A stretch of DNA of 38,211 nt from a virus (lineage: Duplodnaviria; Heunggongvirae; Uroviricota; Caudoviricetes), in IMG/VR virus record IMGVR_UViG_2695420600_000008, one strand, 5' to 3'. A program made the position numbers and the translations under genes. The notes below the pieces were generated by a model. The model ran no database searches and was not told the origin of the DNA. It saw only the letters and a program-made list of their open reading frames with translations. Shown in pieces: positions 1-9,304 of this stretch; position 1 is the first letter of the stretch; each line of letters begins with the position of its first letter.

Positions 1-190
1 TAAGTGATACTGGTTGTCTGGAGATTCAGGGGGCCAGTCTACCACCCCTGATGTCAGGTAGGAAAACACCATATGTTTCTGCTCTGTTTTTCCTTAGAAA
101 TAGGCATCCTTGCTGGAACAAAGCGAGCAGCTATATTGACTCTATGTTGTGAGTGTGTTGATCCGTTCTGAGTTAATACATTTAAGTTGC

Positions 191-1300
191 TCACTCTGTT
201 TCTGCTATCCATTCCGGGATTTTTGCCTCAAGCTCAAGCTGCGTGGTAAAGCCGCTGTTATCAATGGTGTGCTCGGCTTTTGCAATAATCCAGTCCTGAT
301 TATCAATCTCGCTTTTAAATCCTGTTACCGTGCCATGCATTTCGGGGTAGAGTTCTGCACGTCCATGCGCCAGTGTGATGGAGAATGATGCGGCTCCGCG
401 TTGTAGCTGCTGCCACTTTGCCGCCGCTGCACGTCTTGCTGCCTGCTCGTTCTGATAAGTTTTGCGTAACACAAACACGTTGCCTTCCGCACCTTCCATA
501 TAGTCGCCTTCCCGGCTGCTGCTTTTCTCCTTTTTTGGTTTTGACGGTTTGCGGCGTTTCACGCTGACTTTTTTCTTTTTCCCGTAATTAAGATCAAGCC
601 AGTAAGCGCGTACCCCCGTATACGCTTCGCGGTCAGCAATGCGGAACTGATGGCGATCGCCGCTGCTGCGTGTGATGGCGAACGAGGGCAACGGCTGGCC
701 CTGTGCGTTCACGCCACCACCGGGCATGATGAATAACAGATTACCGCTTTTTACCGTGGTGATTGCGCCCAGCATTTCCGCCATGCGCGTAAGGAAGGAC
801 ATGTCGCTTTCTTCGGTCTGGTCGGCGTGGTCGATTTCGATATCCATCAGCATTTCGCTGATTTGCGGTTTCAGACCATACCGATGAGCGATGGCGGATA
901 CCACACGCTCAACGGTCACATCATGCCAGGACACCTCACGTTTAACGTTAAATTCAGCCCGAAAATCTGCGCTTCTGGCTGAAACAGTCAGCCTGTCCGG
1001 CGGTCCTTCGTGAGCGATTTCATCAACAATGTAAGTGCCTTTTTCTGTCAGCGGTTCTCCCTTCCAGCCAATGAGAACCGTCAGGCGCGCGCCCCGTGGC
1101 GGTAGCTGCAACTGACCATCCGCATCATCCAGCGTGATGGTGAGCTGGTCCGCCTCAAATCCCCGGTTGTCGGTCAGTGACAGGCTCATCAGGCGCTCTG
1201 CCACGCCTGACAGCGTTTTACCCTCCGCGAGAATATCAAAATCCGGCATTTTCACGGGGTCTGTGCCCTGACTGAGCAATTGCATGGTGGTGTCGGTCAT
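191..1300 (-). CDS. D: P2-type tail protein gpD (late control D family)
   Basis: ORF 191..1432 (-); preferred start is the Met at 1300 (MTDTTMQLL...). Internal basic linker KKKKVSVKRRKPSKPKKEK and overall pattern match the gpD family as I recall it. Confidence 0.8.
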   Translation of the reverse strand: MTDTTMQLLSQGTDPVKMPDFDILAEGKTLSGVAERLMSLSLTDNRGFEADQLTITLDDADGQLQLPPRGARLTVLIGWKGEPLTEKGTYIVDEIAHEGPPDRLTVSARSADFRAEFNVKREVSWHDVTVERVVSAIAHRYGLKPQISEMLMDIEIDHADQTEESDMSFLTRMAEMLGAITTVKSGNLLFIMPGGGVNAQGQPLPSFAITRSSGDRHQFRIADREAYTGVRAYWLDLNYGKKKKVSVKRRKPSKPKKEKSSSREGDYMEGAEGNVFVLRKTYQNEQAARRAAAAKWQQLQRGAASFSITLAHGRAELYPEMHGTVTGFKSEIDNQDWIIAKAEHTIDNSGFTTQLELEAKIPEWIAETE

Positions 1301-1457
1301 CTGCTCCCTCCCTGTGTGGCATGGTCGCATGTGCGTGCGGAGGGGGTTACTGCTTTTTGTTGTCGCCGTGGCGGGAGAATGGCGCAGGGGTGAGATTACG
1401 CGCGTGGTGGGTGATGATTGTTGCCGAATCATTTAACGGATACAAGGGGTTGAAGCT

Positions 1458-2642
1458 ATGAGTGAAACTCGTTTTCATGGTGCCCGTGTTACGGAAAATA
1501 CCGACCTGGTAACAGCGATTAACGATGTTGATTCCAGCGTTATCGGTATCGTGGCAACGGCGGATGATGCGGACGCGGAGCTGTTCCCGCTGAACAAGCC
1601 CACACTGCTGCCCCGCGTCAATGACGTGCTGGGAAAATGCGGAACAACGGGGACGCTTTATCGTGCGCTTAAGGCCATCGCAGACCAGGTGAGCACAAAG
1701 GTGATCGTCGTTCGCGTGGCTGAACACAAAGAAGAAGACGGAAAAACGCAGGATCAACTGGTTATCGGTGGTTCTGAATCTGACGGCAGCTATACGGGGA
1801 TGTATGCGCTGCTTGTTGCAGAGCAGGATGAAAGCATCGGATACCGTCCGCGTATTCTGGCCGCGCCGGAGCTGGACACGGAGGCGGTGACAAAATCCCT
1901 GTGCGTGATTGCGGGTAAACTGCGCGCGTTTGTGTATGCCTCATGTCATGACTGTAACACGATGGCTGAGGCAATTACCTACCGCCAGAAATTCAACGAA
2001 CGTGAGGTGATGCTCTTATGGCCGGACTTCATCGCCTACAACCCGAAAAGTGGCAAAAACGAAACGTTCCCCGCGCCTGCCTATGCGTGCGGCCTTCGTG
2101 CGTACATTGACCATGAGCAGGGCTGGCACAAATCGCTGTCCAACGTTCCGGTTAAAAATGTGCTGGGGATGTCCAGGCATGTGTTCTGGTCGTTGCAGGC
2201 CGAAGACAGTGATGCCAACAGCCTCAACAACAAAGAAATCACGACCATTATTCGTCGCAACGGGTTCCGCTTCTGGGGCAACCGCACACCGGAAACGAAC
2301 GCCTACATCTTTGAGGTGTATACCCGAACCGCACAGGTGCTGGCTGATTCAATTGCGGAAGCGCAGTTTGAAACCATCGACAGTCCACTGACGCCTGCGA
2401 ACGTGAAGGATGTTATCGGTGCCATCAGGGCAAAACTGGATTCACTGGTTACTGCCGGGAAACTGATTGGGGCGTCGTGCTGGTATGACGTGGTGGATAA
2501 CGGCACCACGAATTTACGTCAGGGGCGCGTGCGTATTCGCTACAAATATACGCCTGTTCCCCCGCTGGAAGACATGGAGCTTTACCAGTCGTTTACTGAT
2601 GAATTCTTTGGTCCCGCATTTGCGGTGCTGGGAGGTGCCTGA
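1458..2642 (+). CDS. FI: contractile tail sheath protein (P2 gpFI-like)
   Basis: 394-aa ORF; C-terminal motifs WPDF...GLRA.IDHEQGWHK.LSNV...RRNGFRFWGNRT...YTRTAQV...YTPVPPLE match my recollection of P2 FI; followed directly by the tube gene. Confidence 0.85.
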   Translation: MSETRFHGARVTENTDLVTAINDVDSSVIGIVATADDADAELFPLNKPTLLPRVNDVLGKCGTTGTLYRALKAIADQVSTKVIVVRVAEHKEEDGKTQDQLVIGGSESDGSYTGMYALLVAEQDESIGYRPRILAAPELDTEAVTKSLCVIAGKLRAFVYASCHDCNTMAEAITYRQKFNEREVMLLWPDFIAYNPKSGKNETFPAPAYACGLRAYIDHEQGWHKSLSNVPVKNVLGMSRHVFWSLQAEDSDANSLNNKEITTIIRRNGFRFWGNRTPETNAYIFEVYTRTAQVLADSIAEAQFETIDSPLTPANVKDVIGAIRAKLDSLVTAGKLIGASCWYDVVDNGTTNLRQGRVRIRYKYTPVPPLEDMELYQSFTDEFFGPAFAVLGGA

Positions 2643-3154
2643 TGGCTGTACCAAAACATCTTCGCTTTTTTACGCTGTTTGTGGATGGTGAAAACGAAGT
2701 GGGTAAGGTGACGTCCGTCACTCTGCCTAAGCTGACGCGCAAAACCGACAGCTACCGGGGTGGTGGCATGATGGGAGCGGTAAGTATTGATCTCGGCCTG
2801 GATGACTCCGCGCTTGATGCGAGCTTTGTCATGGGGGGCGCAGTTCGTGAGCTGTTCCTTAAGTATGGCGGCACGATTGACGGTACGCTGCTGCGTTTTG
2901 CGGGTGAATACTACACCGACGCTGAAAGCGACCTGTATGAAGTCGAAATGCGCGGACGTGTGACGGAAATTGATATGGGGGAAGCCAAACAGGGCGAAGC
3001 CACATCACACACTTACGCCATTAAAAACACCTACTACAAGCTGAGTGTTAACGATCGCCCGTTGTGGGAGATTGACCTGCTGAACTTCATTTACCGGAAG
3101 GACGGCAGGGACATTGTGCCCGATCGCATCCGTTCCGCGCTCGGGCTTGGCTGA
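2642..3154 (+). CDS. FII: tail tube protein (P2 gpFII-like)
   Basis: 170-aa ORF; N-terminal F.LFVDG...VTLPKLTRK...YRGGGM resembles P2 FII; start overlaps FI stop. Confidence 0.85.
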   Translation: MAVPKHLRFFTLFVDGENEVGKVTSVTLPKLTRKTDSYRGGGMMGAVSIDLGLDDSALDASFVMGGAVRELFLKYGGTIDGTLLRFAGEYYTDAESDLYEVEMRGRVTEIDMGEAKQGEATSHTYAIKNTYYKLSVNDRPLWEIDLLNFIYRKDGRDIVPDRIRSALGLG

Positions 3155-3208
3155 TAAGTAATATGCAGGCGGCGCAGTGCGTCGCCTCTGACTGAAAGGA
3201 GTTTCCTG

Positions 3209-3574
3209 ATGAAAGAGACGAAAAACATCGATACCGAAAACACGGTCGTTGCTGACACTGTGAAAGAAACCAGTGAGCGTGGCGTAAAACTTACCCAACC
3301 AATTGAGCGAGGCGGCGAAAAAATCACGTATGTGGAGATCACCGGGGCTATTGAGCAGGCTGGATCTCTGCGAGATTTGTCGCTGTCTGATGTGCTGAAT
3401 TTGAAAGCGGAATCCATGTTTACGCTGCTGTCACGCGTGACATCACCGCGACTGGATGAAGTGACGATCAAAAAAATGGCATCCCGTGACTTTATTCAGT
3501 TATGTGTGGTTGCCGTAAATTTTTTGAGCGGTGCGGACTCTGGCGAGAAGAACGAACAGGCGACGGAAGCCTGA
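3209..3574 (+). CDS. E: tail assembly chaperone gpE
   Basis: 121-aa ORF between tube and tape measure; contains slippery heptamer TTTTTTG (3520..3526) near its 3' end with an overlapping -1 frame ORF (3502..3738). Confidence 0.75.
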   Translation: MKETKNIDTENTVVADTVKETSERGVKLTQPIERGGEKITYVEITGAIEQAGSLRDLSLSDVLNLKAESMFTLLSRVTSPRLDEVTIKKMASRDFIQLCVVAVNFLSGADSGEKNEQATEA

Positions 3575-3738
3575 TCACGGTTGTGTGCTTTGAGCACATA
3601 GAAGACTTTGTGGCGGATATTGCCGCCATTTTTAACTGGTCGCCCGCCGAAATCTTCATGATGACGCCCGGCGAAGTGGTTAGCTGGCGTGAGCGGGCGG
3701 CACTTCGCAGCGGGAATGCAGACAATGAAGACTCTTGA
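3209..3738 (+). CDS. gpE+E' fusion produced by programmed -1 translational frameshift
   Basis: E frame reads aat-ttt-ttg (N F L) across 3518..3526; the -1 frame reads ttt-ttt-gag and stays open to the stop at 3736..3738. Same arrangement as the P2 E/E' frameshift as I recall it. Confidence 0.65.
3520..3526 (+). other. slippery heptamer TTTTTTG (E/E' -1 frameshift site)
   Basis: Sequence read directly; sits at the overlap of the E and E' reading frames. Confidence 0.65.
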
Positions 3739-6532
3739 TATCCGGGTCGCTTTCAGCGCCGTTGACAGGCTGACCCGGCCTGCCGAAAACGCCCGCCGCC
3801 TGATGGGGCAGTTTGGTGACTCCATCCAGCGAACGCAGGGGGCGATCAAAAATCTCGAGCGTCAGGCGCGTTCATTTGAGCGCGCCCGTGACGCTGTCAG
3901 TAAAGCGGATGCGGGCATCGTGAAAGCACGACGCCAGCTTAACGCCCTTAATCAGTTACAACGCACGGGTACAGTGCTCAGCGAAAAACAACAAAAGCTG
4001 ATGCAGCAGTTAAGCACCCGGCTTGAACGCCTGAATGAATCGCGCACACGGGAAATTCAGAAAATGCGGGAACTTGGCGGAGAGCTGAAACGCCACGGCA
4101 TTTCCCTGACAGGCAGCGATAACACCATCCAGCAGGCCATCAGACGCACCGGACAATACAACAACCAGCTTGAACGCGAACGGCGGGCGCTTGCGCGTGT
4201 AACGCAGGCGCGTGAGCGGTATTCACGCGCGCAGGAAACAGCGGGAAAACTGAAAACAGGTGGTGCGCTGGCAACAGGTGCGGCGGCAGCGGGCGGCTAT
4301 GCTGCCGGGCGTTTTTTGCAGCCCGCTATCGGGTTCGGGAAAGAGATGTCCCGTGTTCAGGCACTGACGCGAATCGATAAAAACAGCCCGCAGTTTAAGG
4401 CGCTGCGTGAGCAGGCGTTAAAACTTGGCTCTGAAACGCAGTTCACCGCAGGCGATGCCGCCAGTGGACAGGCATTTCTTGCAATGGCTGGTTTCACACC
4501 GCAGGCCATTCAGGCTGCGCTTCCCGGCGTGCTGAGCATGGCAACGGCTGGCGGTATGGACCTCGGCGAGACGGCGGATATTGGTTCCAATATCCTGACG
4601 CAGTTCGGCCTCTCTGCTGACCAGATGGACCGGGTCGGTGACACACTTACCGCAGCGTTTACCCGTACCAACACTGACCTTCGCGCACTGGGCGAAACCA
4701 TGAAATATGCAGGTCCGGTGGCGGGTAAGCTGGGAATATCGCTGGAGCAGGCCGCAGCGATGGCGGGCGTGCTGGCGAAGATGGGTATCAGGGGGAGTGA
4801 TGCAGGTACAGCGTTGCGTAAAAGCCTGGCCAATCTGTCATCACCGCCAAAGGCAGCGGCAGAAGCACTGAAAGAGCTGGGGGTGTCAGTTGCTGACGCC
4901 AAAGGCAAAATGCGCCCGATGGAGAATGTGCTGGCCGATCTCTATAAAGCCACCCGCAAATACGGGGAGGTTGACCGGGTATCGTTCTTTAAGGACATTG
5001 CCGGAGAAGAGGCTTTCACATCATTTATGGGCCTCGTTGATGCGGCAGGTGACGGCTTCTTAGCCAAACTGAGAAAAGAACTTGAAGGCGCGCGCGGTGA
5101 GGCAGAACGCACGGCAAAGGTTATGGCCAATAACCTTGATGGCAACCTGAAATCACTCGGCAGTGCATGGGAAGGTCTGCGTATTCGCATCAGTGATCTG
5201 GTTGACGGTCCGCTGCGTTCTGTCACGCAGTGGCTCACGCGGGTTGTCTCAAAGGTGACGGCGCTGGCGCAGGCCCACCCGGCACTGACGCGCCAGTTAC
5301 TGATAGCGGGAGGCGCACTGCTGGCGACAACAGCAACGGTTGGTTCGTTGTCTCTGGTTATTGGGGTGCTTCACGGGAAGCTGGCTACGTTGCGTCTCGG
5401 TTTTTCTCTCCTGACCGAATCAATGAATGTTGTCAGGGTTCTGCCTGCATTATGGGGAATGGTGACGGGTTCCGTTTCTTTACTTGGTGGCGCTATCGGG
5501 GCGCTGTTCAGTCCGGTTAGTCTTATCGTGGCTGCGCTTGCCGGAGCTGCCGTTCTTATCTGGAAATACTGGGATCCCATCAGGGCATTTTTTGCCGGGG
5601 TGTTCAGCGGGATTATGGAAAGGCTGACCCCGTTGCGCGAAACCTTTGAACGGTTTGGCCCTGTTTTTGATGTCGTGCGCGATGGGATTATTCAGGTCTT
5701 TAACTGGTTTAAATCGCTGCTGTCACCGATGGAGTCCAGCAAGGAAACGCTGGATAAATGTGCCAGTGCTGGCGAGATATTCGGTAACGTTCTTGGCGGT
5801 GCGTTACAACTTGTTCTGACACCTGCAAAAATGCTACTGGATACGCTGGCGTGGATACTTGAAAAACTTGGCGTCCTTCCGGATGAAGCGGAAAGGGCGC
5901 GCAAGAAAATCGAAGACGCACAGCGTGCGGCCATTCTTCAGGACAAGGTTGCCTTGCTTCAGGGGGACCTGGCGAAAATCAATCCGCCGAAGCCTGTGGA
6001 AAATGGCAATGGCACCGGAGGTGATAAACCCAAAGACAACAAACCGCTCACAGACAGCAATACCGGGACGCTACGCAGACTCAGCAAAATTGCTGATAAC
6101 ACAGGTAAGCTGGTTGATGAGACGAAAAAACGCATTGGCCCCGGCGATATTGTCTTTAAGAACCTGCCCCGCGCACTTGCTGTTCGTGGGGAGTGGCAGG
6201 AGCGGAAGATTGCGCAGGTCAGTAAGCCTGCCCCCGCAATTAATATCACACCCGTGGTCCCGGCTCCGCTGCCTCCGGCGCTGGTCCCTGTTGTTGCGGC
6301 CAGCTCCCGCCCGGTGGCGGAGGCCATACGCTCTCCAGTGGCATCAGTTCCTGTAACTTCCCGTAACCGGGAGCCTGTTGCCTCCGGATTTGGTGGTGAA
6401 ATTCATGTTCATCTGCATAACGTTGTTACGCAGAATCCCCGCGAACTGGCGAAACTGGTCGGTGAAATGGTCAGGGCAGAAATGGAACGGCGCGCCCGTG
6501 CCGGGCGTGGCAGTTTTTACGATAAAGATTGA
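3716..6532 (+). CDS. T: tail tape measure protein (P2 gpT-like)
   Basis: Long ORF (3689..6532); alternative starts GTG 3689, ATG 3716, ATG 3725. Ala/Gly-rich central region, hydrophobic segment LLIAGGALLATTATVGSLSLVIGVL, positioned after E/E'. Confidence 0.85.
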   Translation: MQTMKTLDIRVAFSAVDRLTRPAENARRLMGQFGDSIQRTQGAIKNLERQARSFERARDAVSKADAGIVKARRQLNALNQLQRTGTVLSEKQQKLMQQLSTRLERLNESRTREIQKMRELGGELKRHGISLTGSDNTIQQAIRRTGQYNNQLERERRALARVTQARERYSRAQETAGKLKTGGALATGAAAAGGYAAGRFLQPAIGFGKEMSRVQALTRIDKNSPQFKALREQALKLGSETQFTAGDAASGQAFLAMAGFTPQAIQAALPGVLSMATAGGMDLGETADIGSNILTQFGLSADQMDRVGDTLTAAFTRTNTDLRALGETMKYAGPVAGKLGISLEQAAAMAGVLAKMGIRGSDAGTALRKSLANLSSPPKAAAEALKELGVSVADAKGKMRPMENVLADLYKATRKYGEVDRVSFFKDIAGEEAFTSFMGLVDAAGDGFLAKLRKELEGARGEAERTAKVMANNLDGNLKSLGSAWEGLRIRISDLVDGPLRSVTQWLTRVVSKVTALAQAHPALTRQLLIAGGALLATTATVGSLSLVIGVLHGKLATLRLGFSLLTESMNVVRVLPALWGMVTGSVSLLGGAIGALFSPVSLIVAALAGAAVLIWKYWDPIRAFFAGVFSGIMERLTPLRETFERFGPVFDVVRDGIIQVFNWFKSLLSPMESSKETLDKCASAGEIFGNVLGGALQLVLTPAKMLLDTLAWILEKLGVLPDEAERARKKIEDAQRAAILQDKVALLQGDLAKINPPKPVENGNGTGGDKPKDNKPLTDSNTGTLRRLSKIADNTGKLVDETKKRIGPGDIVFKNLPRALAVRGEWQERKIAQVSKPAPAINITPVVPAPLPPALVPVVAASSRPVAEAIRSPVASVPVTSRNREPVASGFGGEIHVHLHNVVTQNPRELAKLVGEMVRAEMERRARAGRGSFYDKD

Positions 6533-6538
6533 GGAGTC

Positions 6539-7033
6539 ATGGCCATGATGATGATCTACGGCATGTTTGTTTTTGAGCTGCGTACATTGCCGCATCAGCA
6601 GTTACAGCAAAACAAAAGCTGGCGGCATGTGAAAAATGAACGCGTTAACCGTTCGGCAAGCTGGCAGTATATCGGTGCAGGTGATGAGCGCATCGTTCTT
6701 TCTGGTGTGCTTTATCCTGAAATTACAGGTGGCGAAGTGTCGCTGTCGCTGCTGACCACGCAGGCGTATACAGGACGACCCTGGCCTCTGATTGATGGCG
6801 TCGGGCAGATTTACGGCATGTATGTCCTGACCGAAACGAATACGACCCGCTCCGAGTTTGATCGCTACGGTAAGGCGAAAAAGATAGAATTTTCACTGAC
6901 TCTTGAACGCTGTGATGAGGATTTGCGGGAGCGCCTGCAATCCTCATCGTTCAGCGATATGCTGTCCGGCTTCAAAGATAAGGTAACATCATCCCTTAAC
7001 AGCGCGGCCAGTTCAGTTAAAGGGTTGTTCTGA
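6539..7033 (+). CDS. U: tail protein gpU
   Basis: 164-aa ORF; GAGGAG Shine-Dalgarno upstream; motifs FVF.L.T.P.Q.LQ...SWRH and LSG.L.PE.TGG resemble P2 gpU. Confidence 0.8.
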   Translation: MAMMMIYGMFVFELRTLPHQQLQQNKSWRHVKNERVNRSASWQYIGAGDERIVLSGVLYPEITGGEVSLSLLTTQAYTGRPWPLIDGVGQIYGMYVLTETNTTRSEFDRYGKAKKIEFSLTLERCDEDLRERLQSSSFSDMLSGFKDKVTSSLNSAASSVKGLF

Positions 7034-7037
7034 TTTA

Positions 7038-7068
7038 ACACAAAAACCGCTAATGGTCAGATTAGCGG
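7038..7068. terminator. bidirectional rho-independent terminator between convergent U and invertase genes
   Basis: Hairpin aaccgctaat-ggtcag-attagcggtt flanked by T-runs on both strands. Confidence 0.6.
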
Positions 7069-7656
7069 TTATTTTGTTTCCTGACTCTTCTCTATTGTTC
7101 CGATTGATTCTCCTGCGGGGTGGTAACGATAAATCGTCGATATACCAATGCCGTAAATTATTGCCAGTTGTTTTCTGTCGTGCCCGTTTTTGATCAGCCT
7201 TGCTATTTGCTCATGCTGTTCTTTTGTCAGCTTCGGTCGACGTCCGCCTGTGCGCCCCCGTGCGCGTGCTGCCGCCAGTCCGGCCAGTGTACGTTCAACA
7301 ATTAATTCACGTTCCATTTCAGCCAGGGCACCCATCACGTGGAAGAAAAAACGCCCCATTGGAGAAGATGTATCTATGCTGTCGGTCAGACTGCGAAAAT
7401 TAATTCCTCGCTCCCGTAGTTCCCCGACGAGAGAAATCAGATGTTTCATGCTTCGCCCGAGGCGATCCAGTTTCCAGACAACCAGCGTGTCACCTTTTTG
7501 AAGGCGCTTTAAAGCGCGTTTTAATCCCGGTCGGTCTGTCTTTGTCCCGCTTAATTTATCTTCAAATATTTGTTCACATCCTGCACAAACAAGAGCGTTT
7601 CGTTGCAGGTCTGTATTCTGGTCATTTGTTGATACCCTTACATAGCCAATCAGCAC
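7069..7656 (-). CDS. serine DNA invertase (Gin/Cin/Pin/Hin family)
   Basis: ORF 7069..7674 (-); likely GTG start at 7656 giving MLIGYVRVSTNDQNTDLQRNAL..., the canonical N-terminus of Gin-family invertases with the catalytic serine in the VSTNDQ motif; GGGAG SD upstream; C-terminal helix-turn-helix (GISTIYRY). Confidence 0.9.
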   Translation of the reverse strand: MLIGYVRVSTNDQNTDLQRNALVCAGCEQIFEDKLSGTKTDRPGLKRALKRLQKGDTLVVWKLDRLGRSMKHLISLVGELRERGINFRSLTDSIDTSSPMGRFFFHVMGALAEMERELIVERTLAGLAAARARGRTGGRRPKLTKEQHEQIARLIKNGHDRKQLAIIYGIGISTIYRYHPAGESIGTIEKSQETK

Positions 7657-7683
7657 GCTGAATCTCCCGTCCAAAAGCGCAAA

Positions 7684-7744
7684 TCATGCCATGCAGGCCG
7701 GAAACGGCCATTATCTAAAACCTCGGTTTACAGGAAACGGTAAA
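7684..7744. repeat. left arm of 61-bp perfect inverted repeat (pairs with 10778..10838)
   Basis: Reverse complement of 7684..7744 is identical to 10778..10838; contains the 26-bp gix-like site plus a 27-bp outer flank. Confidence 0.9.
7711..7736 (+). other. gix/hix-like 26-bp invertase crossover site 1 (TTATCTAAAACCTCGGTTTACAGGAA)
   Basis: Differs at one position from the Mu gix sequence as I recall it (TTATCCAAAACCTCGGTTTACAGGAA); central TC dinucleotide at 7723..7724. Confidence 0.85.
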
Positions 7745-8747
7745 CAAGGCTGGTAACGCCGTGCAAAAAAATGGCGATACGTTGTCCGGTGGACTTACTT
7801 TTGAAAACGACTCAATCCTTGCCTGGATTCGAAATACTGACTGGGCAAAGATTGGGTTTAAAAATAATTCGGATGCAGACACCGATTCCTACATGTGGTT
7901 TGAAACAGGCAACAACGGCAATGAATATTTCAAATGGAGACACCGCATCATTGGCACCCGGCCTAAAGACCTGATGAATCTTAAATGGAATGCTTTGTCT
8001 GTTCTTGTTGAAGCCCTTTTCAGCAGTGAAGTGAAAATATCGACAGTCAATGCACTGAGGATATTTAATTCATCTTTTGGTGCCATTTTTCGTCGTTCTG
8101 AAGAATGCCTGCATATCATCCCTACACGAGAGAATGAAGGGGAAAATGGTAATATAGGGCCACTACGCCCCTTTACGCTTAATCTCAGAACTGGCCGGAT
8201 AAGCATGGGGCATGGTCTTGATGTTACAGGGGATATATTTGCAAACCGTTTTGCAATTAACAGTAGTACCGGCATGTGGATTCATATGCGTGACCAGAAT
8301 GTTATTTTGGGACGTAATGCGGTATCCACTGATGGTGCTCAGGCTTTGCTCCGTCAGGACCATGCCGACCGCAAATTTATGATTGGCGGTCTGGGAAATA
8401 AGCAATTTGGCATCTACATGATTAATAACTCAAGGACAGCCAATGGCACCGATGGTCAGGCGTACATGGATAATAACGGGAACTGGCTTTGCGGCTCGCA
8501 AGTTATTCCCGGCAACTATGGCAATTTTGATTCCAGATATGTGAAAGATGTTCGACTTGGTTCACAGCAATATTATGGAGTGAACAACTGGCAAACATGG
8601 AATTTTCAGTGCCCGTCAGGCTATGTACTGACGGGGATTAACGTACAGGATACCGGAAAAAACTCTGCCGATAATATTGCAGGCGTTCATTACAGGCCAG
8701 TGCAAAAGTATATAAATGGCACTTGGTATAATGTGGCGAGTATTTAA
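7737..8747 (+). CDS. tail fibre C-terminal variable cassette Sv' (no start of its own; expressed only after inversion fuses it to H)
   Basis: Frame is open from crossover site 1 through ORF 7761..8747; encodes [46 protein letters not shown]...YVKDVRLG...[11 protein letters not shown], which matches the C-terminal portion of P2 gpH as I recall it. Confidence 0.8.
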   Translation, partial: TVNKAGNAVQKNGDTLSGGLTFENDSILAWIRNTDWAKIGFKNNSDADTDSYMWFETGNNGNEYFKWRHRIIGTRPKDLMNLKWNALSVLVEALFSSEVKISTVNALRIFNSSFGAIFRRSEECLHIIPTRENEGENGNIGPLRPFTLNLRTGRISMGHGLDVTGDIFANRFAINSSTGMWIHMRDQNVILGRNAVSTDGAQALLRQDHADRKFMIGGLGNKQFGIYMINNSRTANGTDGQAYMDNNGNWLCGSQVIPGNYGNFDSRYVKDVRLGSQQYYGVNNWQTWNFQCPSGYVLTGINVQDTGKNSADNIAGVHYRPVQKYINGTWYNVASI

Positions 8748-8748
8748 T

Positions 8749-9276
8749 ATGATGCACTTAAAGAACATAAAAGCAGGTAATGCTAAAACAGTGGAGCAGT
8801 ATGAGTTAACAAAGAAGCACGGAGTCATCTGGCTTTACTCTGAGGACGGAAAAAACTGGTATGAGGAAGTGAAGAACTTTCAGCCAGACACAATAAAGAT
8901 TGTTTACGATGCAAATAATATTATTGTCGCCATCACCAAAGATGCCTCCACGCTTAACCCTGAAGGTTATAGCGTCGTTGAGGTTCCTGATATTACAGCT
9001 AATCGTCGTGCTGATGATTCCGGTAAGTGGATGTTTAAGGACGGAGCTGTGGTTAAACGGATTTATACGGCTGACGAACAGCAACAACAGGCCGAATCAC
9101 AAAAGGCCGCATTGCTTTCCGAAGCTGAATCAGTCATCCAGCCGCTGGAACGCGCTGTCAGGCTGAATATGGCGACGGACGAGGAACGCACACGACTGGA
9201 AGCATGGGAACGCTACAGTGTTCTGGTCAGCCGTGTGGATACGGCAAAGCCAGAATGGCCACAAAAGCCTGAGTAA
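8749..9276 (+). CDS. tail fibre assembly protein (tfa, P2 G / Mu U family) paired with cassette Sv'
   Basis: ORF 8716..9276; start ATG 8749 directly after the Sv' stop; [11 protein letters not shown]...[13 protein letters not shown]... typical Tfa N-terminus. Confidence 0.85.
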   Translation: MMHLKNIKAGNAKTVEQYELTKKHGVIWLYSEDGKNWYEEVKNFQPDTIKIVYDANNIIVAITKDASTLNPEGYSVVEVPDITANRRADDSGKWMFKDGAVVKRIYTADEQQQQAESQKAALLSEAESVIQPLERAVRLNMATDEERTRLEAWERYSVLVSRVDTAKPEWPQKPE

Positions 9277-9282
9277 AAATTA

Positions 9283-9302
9283 AGGCCCGATATCGGGCCT
9301 TG
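9283..9302. terminator. bidirectional terminator hairpin between convergent tfa genes
   Basis: aaggcccgatatcgggcctt perfect hairpin with a flanking T-run. Confidence 0.55.
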
Positions 9303-9304
9303 TT

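Noticed and set aside
149-388. 79-aa ORF on the + strand at the left edge
   Set aside because: Lies antisense to the 3' end of gpD, has no ribosome-binding site or recognisable motif, and does not resemble Ogr; treated as a spurious ORF.
672-887. ORF with an SISISIS stretch suggesting a simple repeat
   Set aside because: The underlying DNA is not a true tandem repeat and the ORF is antisense to gpD.
1301-1457. Ogr-dependent late promoter motif (TGT-N12-ACA) in the D/FI divergent region
   Set aside because: No convincing match on either strand by eye; promoters must exist there but cannot be placed.
1301-7068. Inverted repeats at the boundaries of the inverted FI-U block that could explain the inversion
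   Set aside because: None found; the right boundary contains only the terminator hairpin.
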